From the NCBI GenBank assembly GCA_024346625.1, contig AP024667.1, forward strand, positions 930,001-994,000: DNA of 64,000 bases, read 5' to 3'. Source of the stretch: Williopsis jadinii. Lineage: Eukaryota. The translations under genes and the position numbers were made by a program. This document shows positions 47,165 to 58,466 of this stretch, in pieces. The notes under the pieces were generated by a model, which made no database searches, was not told where the DNA came from, and was given only the letters and a program-made list of their open reading frames with translations. How positions within the stretch are numbered: position 1 is the first letter of the stretch; every line of letters begins with the position of its first letter.

Positions 47165-50100
47165 ATGGCAAACCAGGCTGAGGATGACCGAGTGGTGGAG
47201 CTCTCGCGGCTCTTCGCACAGTCACACAAGCATCCGGGAGATAATGCCATCGAAGAGCGTGCCATCCAGGCCGCTGTGGACTTCATACACGAACATGGCG
47301 ACGAGACACATCTGTTCTGTAACAGAACGTTGTACAGCGCTAGCATCCACGCGCTGGTGTTGTTTGCACTGGGAGAAGAGGATAACGTTGCACTGGACTG
47401 GTACAAGGAGAAGCTGTGCAAGTGCTTGGACTCGTGCACCAGGTGCATTGCTCTGTTCCACAGAGGTCGGGCGAGGTTGATGGAGACGTTTCTCACGGAG
47501 AGGGGGATATGTTACAACAACGTCAACATCCTGTCGAAGACGATACTCCAGTGGGAGGCGACAAGGCTTACAAGCAGATTCAGACGGCTCGTCGGTGAAA
47601 ACGACATCAAAATGGGCGTACCAAGAGAGCTGCTCACGTGCTTTGCTGAGTGCATGTGCGGTCCACAACTGCTGGTGTTGAATTCAGAGCTACGAGGACT
47701 ATTTGCGCATCTGCTGCTTCAGCTGCTGGCTTCAGATCACTCATTTGTGAAGACAGCGACTGTGGTGACACCTGGACTGGTGTACTTGGCAATTGAAGGT
47801 GACGATACTGAGAAGAAATGGGCATGTCAAATGTTGAAAGACCTGGGGAGCACGGAGACACAGATCACAGCTGCACAGGTGCAACCAGACCTGCTGGAGG
47901 AGATAGAAATCGAACTCAGGACAGTCGAGATCGCTTCAAGAGACAAGGAATTGAAGAGGGAGCGATTCTACAGAGGAATGTGTGCACTGTTTGAGGCCCT
48001 TGATCAAGATGCCATCATGCTCAAGGTGTTACAGATTGGCAAATCGAGGCCTGTGGATGTCGATAGAGACGATCCAATACTCCCCAGTATATTTGAGACT
48101 CTGAGGGATCATGTCATGTCGTACCCAGATCAGTCTTTACCGTACATCTTGAGATTCCTGGGATTGTTGTTAGGTAAAGTCGGTGAGAAGTTCTGGTCGC
48201 ATATAGGTCAGTACACCTTTCAGAATATCATGGGTCCCATCACCCAGAATCCGAATCTGATAAAGAATCTCAGTATCTTGAGAGATACACCGAGCTTTGC
48301 AGGCGAACTTAACCCTGAGGCAAGGATATCCGATCTCTTGGACTGGATTGATAACTTTTTGTCTTCTCTATCTACATCTCAAAGAATCAAATCAGTGGAG
48401 ACTTTAACCATGTACTTGATCACCCAAGTGGAGTCACAACAGTCGATTCCACTCGATGTGAAGGCAAAAATGTTCGTAAAGGCGTGTACCATCTTGTCAT
48501 CTGCATTGTCACTCCCAAGTCAACTGTACAGTCCTTCTTTAACAACAGACCTCTTGGCCAGAGGCGACACCAGAGTGGTTGTTGATACCAAACTGATCAG
48601 ATTCTTCGACTACGGAACTTCACAGGCGATATTCTTCCCGGAGTATAATAGAGAGAAGAATGCTCAAGTGATGAAGTCGGCAATTGAAGTTATATGTAAA
48701 GCATTGAGATTTGATATCCTTACATTTGCTCAAAATAGTTATGAGATTCAAAAGGGCAAGAAGCCATCAACGCTCAAATTCTCTCCGCTTTTATTAGAGG
48801 CCATCTCGAAACAACAGTTGAACCGTCAACTAGAGATGTCATTCCAACTGTTATGCTCCATGGAAAACGTGTCTACAATTCTTCCAGTCGGTGCTCATGT
48901 CGAAGAGGTAAAGATGTTTATGCGTTACTTATCTCAATTTTTTGTTAAATTCAGTGACATTGATGCTAGAAATACAAAGATGATTCTGTCCAATCCAAGG
49001 AGCCTTAAGGGTTATTGGGCCTGTGTTTTCTCTCCAGATGAAGGTGTCTACCAATCAGCAGTTGATATCTTATATGAAACATTTGATGCAGCAGGTAGAT
49101 TGGAAGGTGTCCACGACTTATTACAAAACAATATCAGTTGTTGTCTTCAGGCTATTAATGATAACTTGACTAACCTAATCTTTATTGAGTTCTACGAGCC
49201 ATGTCCTAGAGCTGTTAAAGTTCTCACTGATGTGATTCAAGGCTTGAACTCTCCCGTCGATGGAATCTTTGGTGAAAGTGAAACTTTTGATAAGGCAACA
49301 AAGCAATCGCTCTTTGAATTTTGGAACAGATGCTGGAAGTTCTTGGATTTGATCTACGTAGAGACCTTGAAATGGGCAGAGAAATACCCTGATCTTGTGG
49401 AATTTACAAGAGATACCTTGGATTTATCCCATGCGGTCCTAGGGTGCTTCAAAACTATTAAGGAACTTGATACCGACGGAGATTCGAAAAAGGTGTTCAA
49501 CGAAATAACAAACACTTTCCCTCACATGCTGGTTTGGCTTAGATTGAGTGACCCTGGTTTGTTGTCTTCTTGTGTGAAGTTAATCTTCTCAACACTTGAT
49601 ATTGCCAGTGACCTGTCCTATAAGCTGGATACCAACGTTATTGAGCTGTTGGCAAAATATGCCTGTAAGGCTAAGAAGTTCAGTAACAGACTGACGAGTT
49701 CTCAAAGTGAAGAAATTCTGGAAAGAGCTAAAGTTTTTGATCCTGAGCTTGTTGACCGTGTGGTTCAAGAAACGGAGGAAAAGAAAAAGAAGAAGGAAGC
49801 AAATGCCATTACGGATGCACAGTCTTCTCGTGAAAGTTCAACATCAAGAGCTTCAACTCCAACTGGAGCACCGGTCAGAGGTCAATTGAAGATTGATAAC
49901 TTTGGAAGTCTTTCAAGAGTGGCACCTGTTGCTCCACCTAAACCACAATTACCAAAGTCTCAACTTGAATTGGCAAGAGAGAGGCTGAATGCGAAGAAGG
50001 CTGCGCTATCAACAGGGTCGTCACACAGAAAAACTGAACATGATGCTACAGATGAAAGCGATGATGATGGGGAGGATGCGTACTCCTTGTTCAACCTCAA

Positions 50101-52990
50101 AAAGCCAAACCAAAAGGCAGGTGGTATTACTGTTCTCGAAGATAAATGGAGTCAGCAACGTAGAATTGCTCAAGAGAAGAAGAAAGAGGAGGAGAACAGT
50201 AGATTGAGATTGCATGTTGATCTGAAACCTTTATACAAACGGGTATTAATGTGGTCTTTTATGAGGGATGATCCGTATCCAGATTCTGAACTATCGAACT
50301 TGAAGACCGTCATTGATAAGTTCAAAACTGCAGATGACTATATCAAGACATTTGAGCCATTACTTCTTGTGGAGTGTTGGTCAGCAATTTTATCAGCAAA
50401 GAATAGAGAGGACTATAAACCAATGATGATTTCTATCGGTTCCAAAAGCTCGGTTGGTGATTTCTTCGAGGTGTTTTGCAGCATTAGCCGAACCGAACTC
50501 AACACCATGGGTTTTACAGAATCGGATCTTGTGGTGCTAGCGTATAGCGATAAGGAGCTGACGTACGTGCCAAAGGTGTCTGATGTGAAGAAATCAACTA
50601 CTTCTTGTTTAGGTAAGATTCAGGAAATCAAGTTTGTCAAAGGAGAAAGAGCCGACATCACCATTAGGGTATCTCGTACAGGATCTCTCAACAGTTGGTT
50701 GACTCCACACAGTACTCTTTTATTAATGCGCATCATGCAAATGACAACAATCGAAAGAGAATTCTCATCCCTTCATGGTCTACGTTACTATAACCTGTCC
50801 AAACAGATATTTGAAGCAACAGCCAATCCATCATCCACCATACCTCAAAAAGATATTGAAAATATCCGTGCAACCTATAAGGTTAATGACTCTCAAGCCA
50901 ATGCCATTGGTTGCTCAGTTGGCACCGAGGGATTCTCCTTGATTCAAGGTCCACCTGGTACTGGTAAAACGAAGACAATTTTGGGTATCATCGGGTATAT
51001 GTTGTCAACATTCAAGGCTCCGAACGCAATTGCTATCCCACAAGGTCAAAAAACCATGGACTCTCTAAAGAACTCCAAGAGCAGAAAGGTTTTAGTATGT
51101 GCACCGAGTAACGCAGCTGTGGATGAGTTGGTGATCCGTATGAAAGATGGTATCATGAACTCACGTGGTGAACAATACACTCCGAAGCTCGTTCGTCTTG
51201 GTCGTACTGATGCAATAAACTCTGCTGTGAAAGACATGACTTTAGAGGAGCTTGTTGATTCTCAACTTGGAAAGCCTTCTGCAGCATCTAACAACATGGA
51301 TGGTCTTTTCAAAGAGCTTTCTGAAGTGAAGAAACAAATCGAGATATGTAAGGCCAAAATTGCAGACGAGAAGAACCCTGCGGGTGACGAAGTTTACAAA
51401 GAGAAGCGAGAGCTTACAAAGAAGGCCAACTTGATCAAACAGAAGATGGATACAGAGAGAGAGACGCAGAATTCTAACTACAGAAGCAGAGAGATCAACA
51501 GAAGAAACCTACAAGCCAAAATTTTGGGTGAAGCCGACATCATCTGTTCTACACTTTCAGGTTCAGCCCATGATATGGTTGCTAATTTGGGGATCAAGTT
51601 TGACTCTGTCATCATCGATGAGGCTTGTCAATGTACTGAACTCTCTGCTGTCATTCCATTGAGATATGGTTGCAGACGCTGTATTATGGTTGGTGATCCT
51701 AATCAGTTGCCACCAACCGTGTTATCTACTGAAGCTGCTAATGCTCTATACGACCAGAGTTTGTTTGTGAGAATGGCCAAGAATATGAAGCCATTGTTGT
51801 TGAACGTTCAGTACCGTATGAATTCTGCAATTTCCAAGTTTTCTTCAGAAGTGTTCTATAATGGTGAATTGCACGATGGTCCTGAGAACGACCAGTTGAC
51901 GAAAAGAATATGGCATGAAAACTCGTTCTTCCCTCCCTTCAGATTTTATGATATCATTGAAGGCCATCAAATTCAAAACCAGAAAACGTTCTCGTACACG
52001 AATGAGATTGAGGTTAAGATTGCGGTTGAGTTAATCAACACACTTTTCACTCTTTACAGGAATGTTGATTTCAAGAACAAGATTGGTATTATCACACCAT
52101 ATAAAGAACAGAACAGGCTCTTGCAGAGGATATTTATCAATCAGTTTGGTAACAGCATCAAGAAGGAAATCACTTTCAACACTGTTGATGGGTTCCAAGG
52201 TCAAGAGAAGGAGATCATCATCATGTCATGTGTGCGTGCTGATCCTAGCAGCAGAGGTGTTGGTTTCTTGAGGGATTTCCGTCGTATGAATGTTGCATTA
52301 ACAAGATCCAAATGTTCACTTTGGATTCTTGGAAATCGTGATTCTTTGACAAAGAACGAGCTATGGAGGAAGTTAATCAATGATGCCGATAGCAGAGGAT
52401 GCTTCTGTGAAGCCAAACTCGGATTCACAAGGGCCAATGGTATCACCAGGGATGCACAGCATGGGAAGATTACAGATGTTTCCAATTCCCTAGCTGAGAC
52501 TGAATCTAAACGTCGTCGGAAATCCGGGTTCAAGGATAAGAAACCAAAGCTGGATGTCCATCCTGGCGATGATTTAACTGTTCCCGTTCCTGTTAATCCT
52601 TCTCACACACAATTTAAAGAGAGGCTTAACACTGGAACGGGAAGAGGTGTTGAAGTCAAAGCATCAGCTCCTCCAATCCCAAATAGCGATTCCACGGAGT
52701 CAAATGTGTCACTCGAGCCTAACAGTAACGGGGTTCTACCACCTCCATCTTCTACTGGCACAACTACCACTACTACAGTCCCTTCAAGTTCTGGTATAAT
52801 CCCGAGACCCACTCCTCAGCATAGTGCTCTATCTAACGGACCACGTTCGATGACACAACCTCAAAGAAGTGGATCATTACCACCAAGGCCAGCAGCTTCT
52901 GGATCTTTACCAATGAAGCAGCCATCGCATAGGCGTAAACCTGAAGGTAGTATATTCATACCAAGGAAACGTACAAAGCATCGTCGATAA
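47165..52990 (+). CDS. SEN1: Sen1 RNA/DNA helicase (Upf1-like SF1B)
   Basis: Sen1 N-terminal domain (LDSCTRCIALFH), QGPPGTGKT, CAPSNAAVDE, IIDEACQ, VGDPNQLPPT, TVDGFQGQE, RRMNVALTR; next to CRN1 as in S. cerevisiae. Confidence 0.98.
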   Translation: MANQAEDDRVVELSRLFAQSHKHPGDNAIEERAIQAAVDFIHEHGDETHLFCNRTLYSASIHALVLFALGEEDNVALDWYKEKLCKCLDSCTRCIALFHRGRARLMETFLTERGICYNNVNILSKTILQWEATRLTSRFRRLVGENDIKMGVPRELLTCFAECMCGPQLLVLNSELRGLFAHLLLQLLASDHSFVKTATVVTPGLVYLAIEGDDTEKKWACQMLKDLGSTETQITAAQVQPDLLEEIEIELRTVEIASRDKELKRERFYRGMCALFEALDQDAIMLKVLQIGKSRPVDVDRDDPILPSIFETLRDHVMSYPDQSLPYILRFLGLLLGKVGEKFWSHIGQYTFQNIMGPITQNPNLIKNLSILRDTPSFAGELNPEARISDLLDWIDNFLSSLSTSQRIKSVETLTMYLITQVESQQSIPLDVKAKMFVKACTILSSALSLPSQLYSPSLTTDLLARGDTRVVVDTKLIRFFDYGTSQAIFFPEYNREKNAQVMKSAIEVICKALRFDILTFAQNSYEIQKGKKPSTLKFSPLLLEAISKQQLNRQLEMSFQLLCSMENVSTILPVGAHVEEVKMFMRYLSQFFVKFSDIDARNTKMILSNPRSLKGYWACVFSPDEGVYQSAVDILYETFDAAGRLEGVHDLLQNNISCCLQAINDNLTNLIFIEFYEPCPRAVKVLTDVIQGLNSPVDGIFGESETFDKATKQSLFEFWNRCWKFLDLIYVETLKWAEKYPDLVEFTRDTLDLSHAVLGCFKTIKELDTDGDSKKVFNEITNTFPHMLVWLRLSDPGLLSSCVKLIFSTLDIASDLSYKLDTNVIELLAKYACKAKKFSNRLTSSQSEEILERAKVFDPELVDRVVQETEEKKKKKEANAITDAQSSRESSTSRASTPTGAPVRGQLKIDNFGSLSRVAPVAPPKPQLPKSQLELARERLNAKKAALSTGSSHRKTEHDATDESDDDGEDAYSLFNLKKPNQKAGGITVLEDKWSQQRRIAQEKKKEEENSRLRLHVDLKPLYKRVLMWSFMRDDPYPDSELSNLKTVIDKFKTADDYIKTFEPLLLVECWSAILSAKNREDYKPMMISIGSKSSVGDFFEVFCSISRTELNTMGFTESDLVVLAYSDKELTYVPKVSDVKKSTTSCLGKIQEIKFVKGERADITIRVSRTGSLNSWLTPHSTLLLMRIMQMTTIEREFSSLHGLRYYNLSKQIFEATANPSSTIPQKDIENIRATYKVNDSQANAIGCSVGTEGFSLIQGPPGTGKTKTILGIIGYMLSTFKAPNAIAIPQGQKTMDSLKNSKSRKVLVCAPSNAAVDELVIRMKDGIMNSRGEQYTPKLVRLGRTDAINSAVKDMTLEELVDSQLGKPSAASNNMDGLFKELSEVKKQIEICKAKIADEKNPAGDEVYKEKRELTKKANLIKQKMDTERETQNSNYRSREINRRNLQAKILGEADIICSTLSGSAHDMVANLGIKFDSVIIDEACQCTELSAVIPLRYGCRRCIMVGDPNQLPPTVLSTEAANALYDQSLFVRMAKNMKPLLLNVQYRMNSAISKFSSEVFYNGELHDGPENDQLTKRIWHENSFFPPFRFYDIIEGHQIQNQKTFSYTNEIEVKIAVELINTLFTLYRNVDFKNKIGIITPYKEQNRLLQRIFINQFGNSIKKEITFNTVDGFQGQEKEIIIMSCVRADPSSRGVGFLRDFRRMNVALTRSKCSLWILGNRDSLTKNELWRKLINDADSRGCFCEAKLGFTRANGITRDAQHGKITDVSNSLAETESKRRRKSGFKDKKPKLDVHPGDDLTVPVPVNPSHTQFKERLNTGTGRGVEVKASAPPIPNSDSTESNVSLEPNSNGVLPPPSSTGTTTTTTVPSSSGIIPRPTPQHSALSNGPRSMTQPQRSGSLPPRPAASGSLPMKQPSHRRKPEGSIFIPRKRTKHRR

Positions 52991-53057
52991 TGCCAATAAA
53001 ATTAATAAGCATCTGAATAAATACATCGTTATTTCCACCATAACACCAAGTGTATCA

Positions 53058-54863
53058 TCATTCGTCCCTACTCCTCCTGTTTGATGACTTCTTACCAGCC
53101 AAGTTATCCTTCAGCCTAGTGCCCAATGAGGGCTTTGTAGCTAAAGCAATTGGAGAGGCGTTCAACCCAATGTTGTTCAGTTCTGGTGGTGAGGTTGACA
53201 GTGTAGGCTCTGCCTTTGATAATGTTCTTGCTGTAGGTAACTTCACTCTCTGAGAAGGTGTTGTGGTATTCCTGGACAAAGATGAGCCTTTAGCTTCAAC
53301 AGCCTTGGGTCCAAGCATTGTCAACCCAGTTTCAAGAGTATGGATCTCTGTTTGTAATAGCTGCTTCAGAATGTCATTCATCTTACTAACGTCATTAACT
53401 CTTGACCTCAGCAACTGTAATGAGTCTTGTAACAGAGATTGAAGTTTCGCCTTGATCACTGCGTTATTACTCAAAGCACCAGTCTGTGACTTCAACGTGA
53501 GTTTAAGATCATTCTCTAGGTCTGACAAGATTTGACATGCATTTTCCCATATCAACAAGCTGTGTTCATAGACCTTTTCCTTTATTGAATAATCATGGCT
53601 TGCATCAGACAGTGTCTGTACCTGTCTTTCAATTATATCGATTATTTGCACAGGGTCGTAGTTAGATTCTCGTGGGAGTGACTGTGAAGTAAATCTCGTC
53701 AAGAAGGAGCCCAACATTGAGGACTTTGGGAAAGGTCCATCGTTGATTGGAGTCGCTGGTGCTCTCCCAGCGAACAGTTTGGCAACGACATCCCTTTCAG
53801 CTCTGTCTATATCCTTCAAGGACTGTAGATGAGAGCTCGTTCTACTTTCAATGACGCTCTGAGATCTTGTAATCTCCAAGTTTAACGCCTTCTTTTTCGA
53901 TCTGAGCTGTTTCAACCTCGTTTCCAAGTTCGAAATCTCTAGATCCAAGTCCTGTGACTGATCTTGCAATTGTCTCAGTCGTTGTCCCTCTGCATTATCC
54001 GTACTCTGTATATCTTCAACTTCCAGTGTGAGCAACTTCCTGGTGGTTTCCCATTCTTTAAACGAGTTTAATACAGCTTGTTTCTGAGAAATCTGTGTAT
54101 CGTACAGCTCAGTGATTGCCTGATACACCAGTGCCAGGCTCTTGAAGGAGCGAAGAACATTTTCCCGTATATATTGCGAGCTTGTCCCACCTTTAGAAGC
54201 TTCCAGATGTTTCATCATCAAATCATTCAACCTCAGGTTCAACGACTTCTCCTCTCCCAGTAAGTACTTCAAAGGCTCATCTGTCTGAATATCGGAAGTT
54301 CCCATAGCAATGTCGTCAACGTTCCTCTGTAATGAGGACCGTGTCAGTGAATCGTACAAGGGTAAAGACTGTGAACCTTCTGGCCAAAGGCCTATACTGT
54401 GATCCATGAAATGATGTTGTTGGACGGGCAGTTGGTCATCTGTGAGTGGTGTTCTTACACTTCTATTCGTTCTTCTCATACGCTGGCCGCCCATTGCCCT
54501 TGAAAGGGTAATGTCCTCGTACTCATCAGTGGGAGTTGTGGGTTCTTGTATCGTATGTGTAGTACTAGGGCTCTTGCTCTTGCTCTTCTTCATCTCCGAG
54601 AGGGCGTCCGAAAAGTGCCTGATATCCAACTGTGAAGGGTCATCCACGAGCTCTGTAACAGAGCCAGACGCTGAGTCCAAGCACGTCTCGGCTCTCAGCC
54701 CTTGTGTAGCACCATTGGAACCGATATCGTTATCGTTATCAACATCACCAACATCACTAACATCACCACCGTCAGCATCATCACCATCCGAGGTGCTTCC
54801 CTCAGAGTACAGCGAAACAGTCCTATACGCGTTCTGCTCCATCTCCATAGGCTTCAGCGACAT
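53058..54863 (-). CDS. Coiled-coil protein, probable Atg28-like autophagy/pexophagy factor
   Basis: 601 aa; disordered N-terminus, long coiled coil (EISNLETRLKQLRSKKKALNLEI...IESRTSSHLQSL) and IWENACQILSDLENDL resemble the remembered Atg28 pattern. Confidence 0.55.
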   Translation of the reverse strand: MSLKPMEMEQNAYRTVSLYSEGSTSDGDDADGGDVSDVGDVDNDNDIGSNGATQGLRAETCLDSASGSVTELVDDPSQLDIRHFSDALSEMKKSKSKSPSTTHTIQEPTTPTDEYEDITLSRAMGGQRMRRTNRSVRTPLTDDQLPVQQHHFMDHSIGLWPEGSQSLPLYDSLTRSSLQRNVDDIAMGTSDIQTDEPLKYLLGEEKSLNLRLNDLMMKHLEASKGGTSSQYIRENVLRSFKSLALVYQAITELYDTQISQKQAVLNSFKEWETTRKLLTLEVEDIQSTDNAEGQRLRQLQDQSQDLDLEISNLETRLKQLRSKKKALNLEITRSQSVIESRTSSHLQSLKDIDRAERDVVAKLFAGRAPATPINDGPFPKSSMLGSFLTRFTSQSLPRESNYDPVQIIDIIERQVQTLSDASHDYSIKEKVYEHSLLIWENACQILSDLENDLKLTLKSQTGALSNNAVIKAKLQSLLQDSLQLLRSRVNDVSKMNDILKQLLQTEIHTLETGLTMLGPKAVEAKGSSLSRNTTTPSQRVKLPTARTLSKAEPTLSTSPPELNNIGLNASPIALATKPSLGTRLKDNLAGKKSSNRRSRDE

Positions 54864-55177
54864 CTTCTATTGTGTTTTCAACTCCAGAACATAGTGCAAA
54901 GCGTCCAATTGTGGGTCAGCTAAAGCCAATGATGGTGCACACGCCTAAGCACCGGGGCAGGGCGCTGACTAAGCAATGTGTCCCGAAAGAAGGAATATTC
55001 GCGGTGACGCCACATCACGTGCGGGATCACGTTTGACCCGGAATAGAACCAATTCCGAGGTTTATGCCCCAGGTGGAGGCGGCGGGTGGGCGAGGTTTGA
55101 GAAGGGTGAAACAGAGCTTTAACGGGTATAACAGTGCTATGCAATTGCGTGGTTATTGTTCAATTGAACTGTCATAG

Positions 55178-56050
55178 ATGTCATACTTCTTCAAATCACC
55201 GCTGGACCTCGAGATACGATTCGAAGGTGAAGACTCTCGTCAGCAATTCGAGGTCAAGTCAGCGCAAGGGAAGAAGGATAAGTACCCTCTGTACGAAGAT
55301 GGGGAGTCTGTTGTTGGTGAGGTCACGGTGAGGGTTAAGGATGGTAAGAGGGTCGAACACACCGGCATCAAGGCACAACTGTTCGGGTCAATTGAGATCT
55401 CCAATGGACAGCGAGACGACTTCCTCTGTCTGAGCCACGATTTGGCCCCACCGGCAGAGCTGGACCACAGTGAGACCTACAAGTTCAACTTCAAGGACGT
55501 TGAGAAACGGTACGAGAGTTACAAGGGCAAGAACCTGAACGTTTCGTACTACGTGAAGATTGTGATATTCCGAAAGAGCGCCGATATCACCAAGATTAAG
55601 AAGTTTTGGGTGAACATCTACTCCAACCCTACAGACTTGAAGAAGTCGATCAAGCTGGACATTGGGATTGAAAACTGCCTCCATATCGAGTTTGAGTATT
55701 CCAAGTCGACTTATTCGTTGAAGGATGTCATTGTCGGAAGAATATACTTCCTGCTTACCCGTCTGAAGATCAAGCACATGGAAATAAGTCTCATCACGAG
55801 GGAAACTGTCGGTGTGCAACCAAATCAACTAAGCGACTCCTCCACGATAAGATATGAGATCATGGATGGATCACCAGTGAAAGGAGAAACAATACCAATA
55901 AGAATGTTCTTAGGAGGTTACGAACTCACACCAACTACAAAGACTAACCTGTTCAGCGTAAAGAATTACATTAGCTTGGTCATCATCGATGAAGATGGAA
56001 GACGGTACTTCAAGCAGTCCGAGATTGTGCTGTTCCGTACAAAGAGTTGA
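55178..56050 (+). CDS. PEP8: Retromer subunit Vps26
   Basis: LYEDGESVVGEV, KRYESYKG, IKLDIGIENCLHIEFEY, YEIMDGSPVKGETIPIR, DEDGRRYFKQSEI. Confidence 0.98.
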   Translation: MSYFFKSPLDLEIRFEGEDSRQQFEVKSAQGKKDKYPLYEDGESVVGEVTVRVKDGKRVEHTGIKAQLFGSIEISNGQRDDFLCLSHDLAPPAELDHSETYKFNFKDVEKRYESYKGKNLNVSYYVKIVIFRKSADITKIKKFWVNIYSNPTDLKKSIKLDIGIENCLHIEFEYSKSTYSLKDVIVGRIYFLLTRLKIKHMEISLITRETVGVQPNQLSDSSTIRYEIMDGSPVKGETIPIRMFLGGYELTPTTKTNLFSVKNYISLVIIDEDGRRYFKQSEIVLFRTKS

Positions 56051-56074
56051 ACTCCTCTCCTCCCTTCCTTTAGC

Positions 56075-57335
56075 TCATAAGACCAAATGGAAATATGAAT
56101 CGATGTCATTGATCAACTTATCAGCGTAGTATAGCTCCTGCGGTTGTGAACCACATCCGTTATCGGCGTTGCTGATATCATTCATCTTTACTAACGATGC
56201 CACTTTGGAGTATGATGACTGTAATGCGGAAATCATGGACTTACTAATAGAGCCATTGTTCTTCCTTGAGATGTGTAAATCAGAAGACATGGACAAATAT
56301 GAATGACTGTCAACGTAATCATCGACACAAGCTGTTGAGGTTGCTGTCGTTGTGTACAACTCCCCAGAATTGATCATGAATCCAAATATCTCTGTTCTGT
56401 GCACAGCTTCCAGGATTCGTTTCAACTTGCGTGACTTGTCCTTATATTCTTGACAAGTGCTGGTGATTCCAAGATCAACGAGAAACTTATATCTATTTGA
56501 TGACGACGACACCTGATCCATCATCTCACTGAGCAGATCCAAACCGATAGCAATGACAACGTCACTGTTCCCCTTTGAAAGCACCATGCCAATCTGTCCC
56601 AAGCCCATCACACCCAAGTGCAACCTCTGTACTTCAAAGCACTGCTGGATCTGCCTGCTGAGCAGCTCAACCTGGCATGTGTTGAAGTGTCTGTCCAATA
56701 TTGCAATTCCAAATGGACTATTGGACAGTAAGTTCGTCATACAATCGTTATCCAAATCGTAGAATAAGCCAAAGGAGTACAAGTCTTCAAAATACACTTG
56801 GAGAATTGGATCCGTCACACCACCAACCAACGCCACATGTCTTGCTAGCTCCAATAGATGTAACCTTGTGCTGACTAGCCCATGTGTCAAGTAGTACGGT
56901 TGTACCGTTTCACGATCGCTCAGTATCGCCATACGGTCTATACTCAGATTCATCAACACACGAACATTGCTCAAGGCTTCGTTCTTTGACCTGATCCATT
57001 TCATACAGCCAATCGACTGCAACGGATCCCTTAGAGCACTCGGACCAGCGATTATAAACAACTGATCCGCTAGTGAGCACTCGATTGCGCCCTTGATAAC
57101 GTCTCTCTGGACGAGTATACGATCACCAGTATGCTCGTCCAAGGGACAAAGGAACTCCCGAATCACCTCAGGTTGGCTGATCGCAACCTGTGTACGTTCT
57201 ATTGATCACAATGTTAGCGGTTGTATACTATATATCGCATATAGTGCACTACAAGAGCCGGAGGTATCAAAAGCTACCTGTGAGCGTTTCAGTGGGCGGT
57301 AGACTAACACCGGAACCAAGTGAGGGCATTCTCAT
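56075..57335 (-). CDS. Degenerate DAHP synthase (Aro3/Aro4 class I-alpha)-like protein; putative exon 1 at 57335-57278, intron 57277-57199
   Basis: Ordered relics of DAHP synthase motifs (IIAGPSALRDP, DPILQVYFEDLYSFG, GNSDVVIAIG, GFMINS); the main ORF lacks an early ATG, and a GTAGCT..CGCTAAC..TAG intron would join an upstream ATG in frame (tentative). Confidence 0.65.
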
Positions 57336-57520
57336 ATTCCGCTTTCCCTATACAAATGTTGGTGCACACGGTGGTGATGATGATTTTGGAAGGGAGAGAG
57401 AACGACCAGCGGGTTGTTTATATAGTGAAAAAAGTGTTGAAGTTATCCGAGGCCACAAAAGTGTGAAAACAACAACAACAACAACAATAACAGCAATAAC
57501 AACGGCGCTACCCTTCAGCA

Positions 57521-58282
57521 ATGAACCAAAAGAGATCTGAAACACTGATTAGTATGTATACAACGCTCGTCTCACAGCAAAGAAATGGACACTAACACTT
57601 GCGGCGCTATAAAGAAAAGGTTGAAACCAATACAGAGCTTCTAATATCGAGAATGCAGACGATTATTGCACTCTCGGCTTCGACGTCAGCTCAGGAGATT
57701 CAAGCATCGGAGATGCTTCAAATCGAGTCGAATGCCTCGATGATTGTGAGGCTCGTGGAAGAGCTGCTAAGTATATCGAGAAACCTAAAGGAGAGCTGGA
57801 TTTTGGGCCAGCTGCCAAAGTCTGAACAACAACAAGACGTTGTTACTCAAGAGGTGCAGGGTAAAGTGGACGCGTTACTACAGAAGATCCTACAAAGCAA
57901 ACACTACAATGAGGAGATTGGATTAGACGAGGAGTTTGAAAAAGAGGAGCAGGAGGAGGACACAGGCATCAAGATAGAGCAAGAGGAGAAGATACCCGAT
58001 GAGCTCATACTGCCTGTGGAGACAGACTCATCGGTGGTGAAACAAGAACCACCTGAAGTTGCACCACATACAGCTGAAATAAAGCAGGAGCAGGAGGAGA
58101 AGGAGGAGGAGAAACTCGATGCGGATGAAGACTTAATCATGAAGGATGGACTACCGGTTGATACTTCGCAACTAGTTGATCCTATGGATATGAGTGACGG
58201 TGGTGCTACAAACGTACTCGGTGATTATGATTTCGATAACTTTGGGAACATGGACCGTGACGACGATATAATGATGGGATAG
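57521..58282 (+). CDS. SRB6: Mediator subunit Med22; exon 1 at 57521-57551, intron 57552-57614
   Basis: MIVRLVEELLSISRNLKESWILGQLP is the Med22 signature; GTATGT..CACTAAC..AAG intron gives MNQKRSETLIKKVETNTELL; long acidic tail. Confidence 0.85.
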
Positions 58283-58466
58283 GTATCTACACGTGTATAT
58301 TGCAAACTTGTCAATATTTATAAAATCGTATCCATACTAGCCATAAAATCATAAAACAAGGGGAAAGAAAGAAACAGATAATCAACAACAATGACACCTC
58401 GGAAACTTAAATCACAACAACAAAAGACACATAATAAATCGTCCAAAGAATATAAAACAGTAGAAA

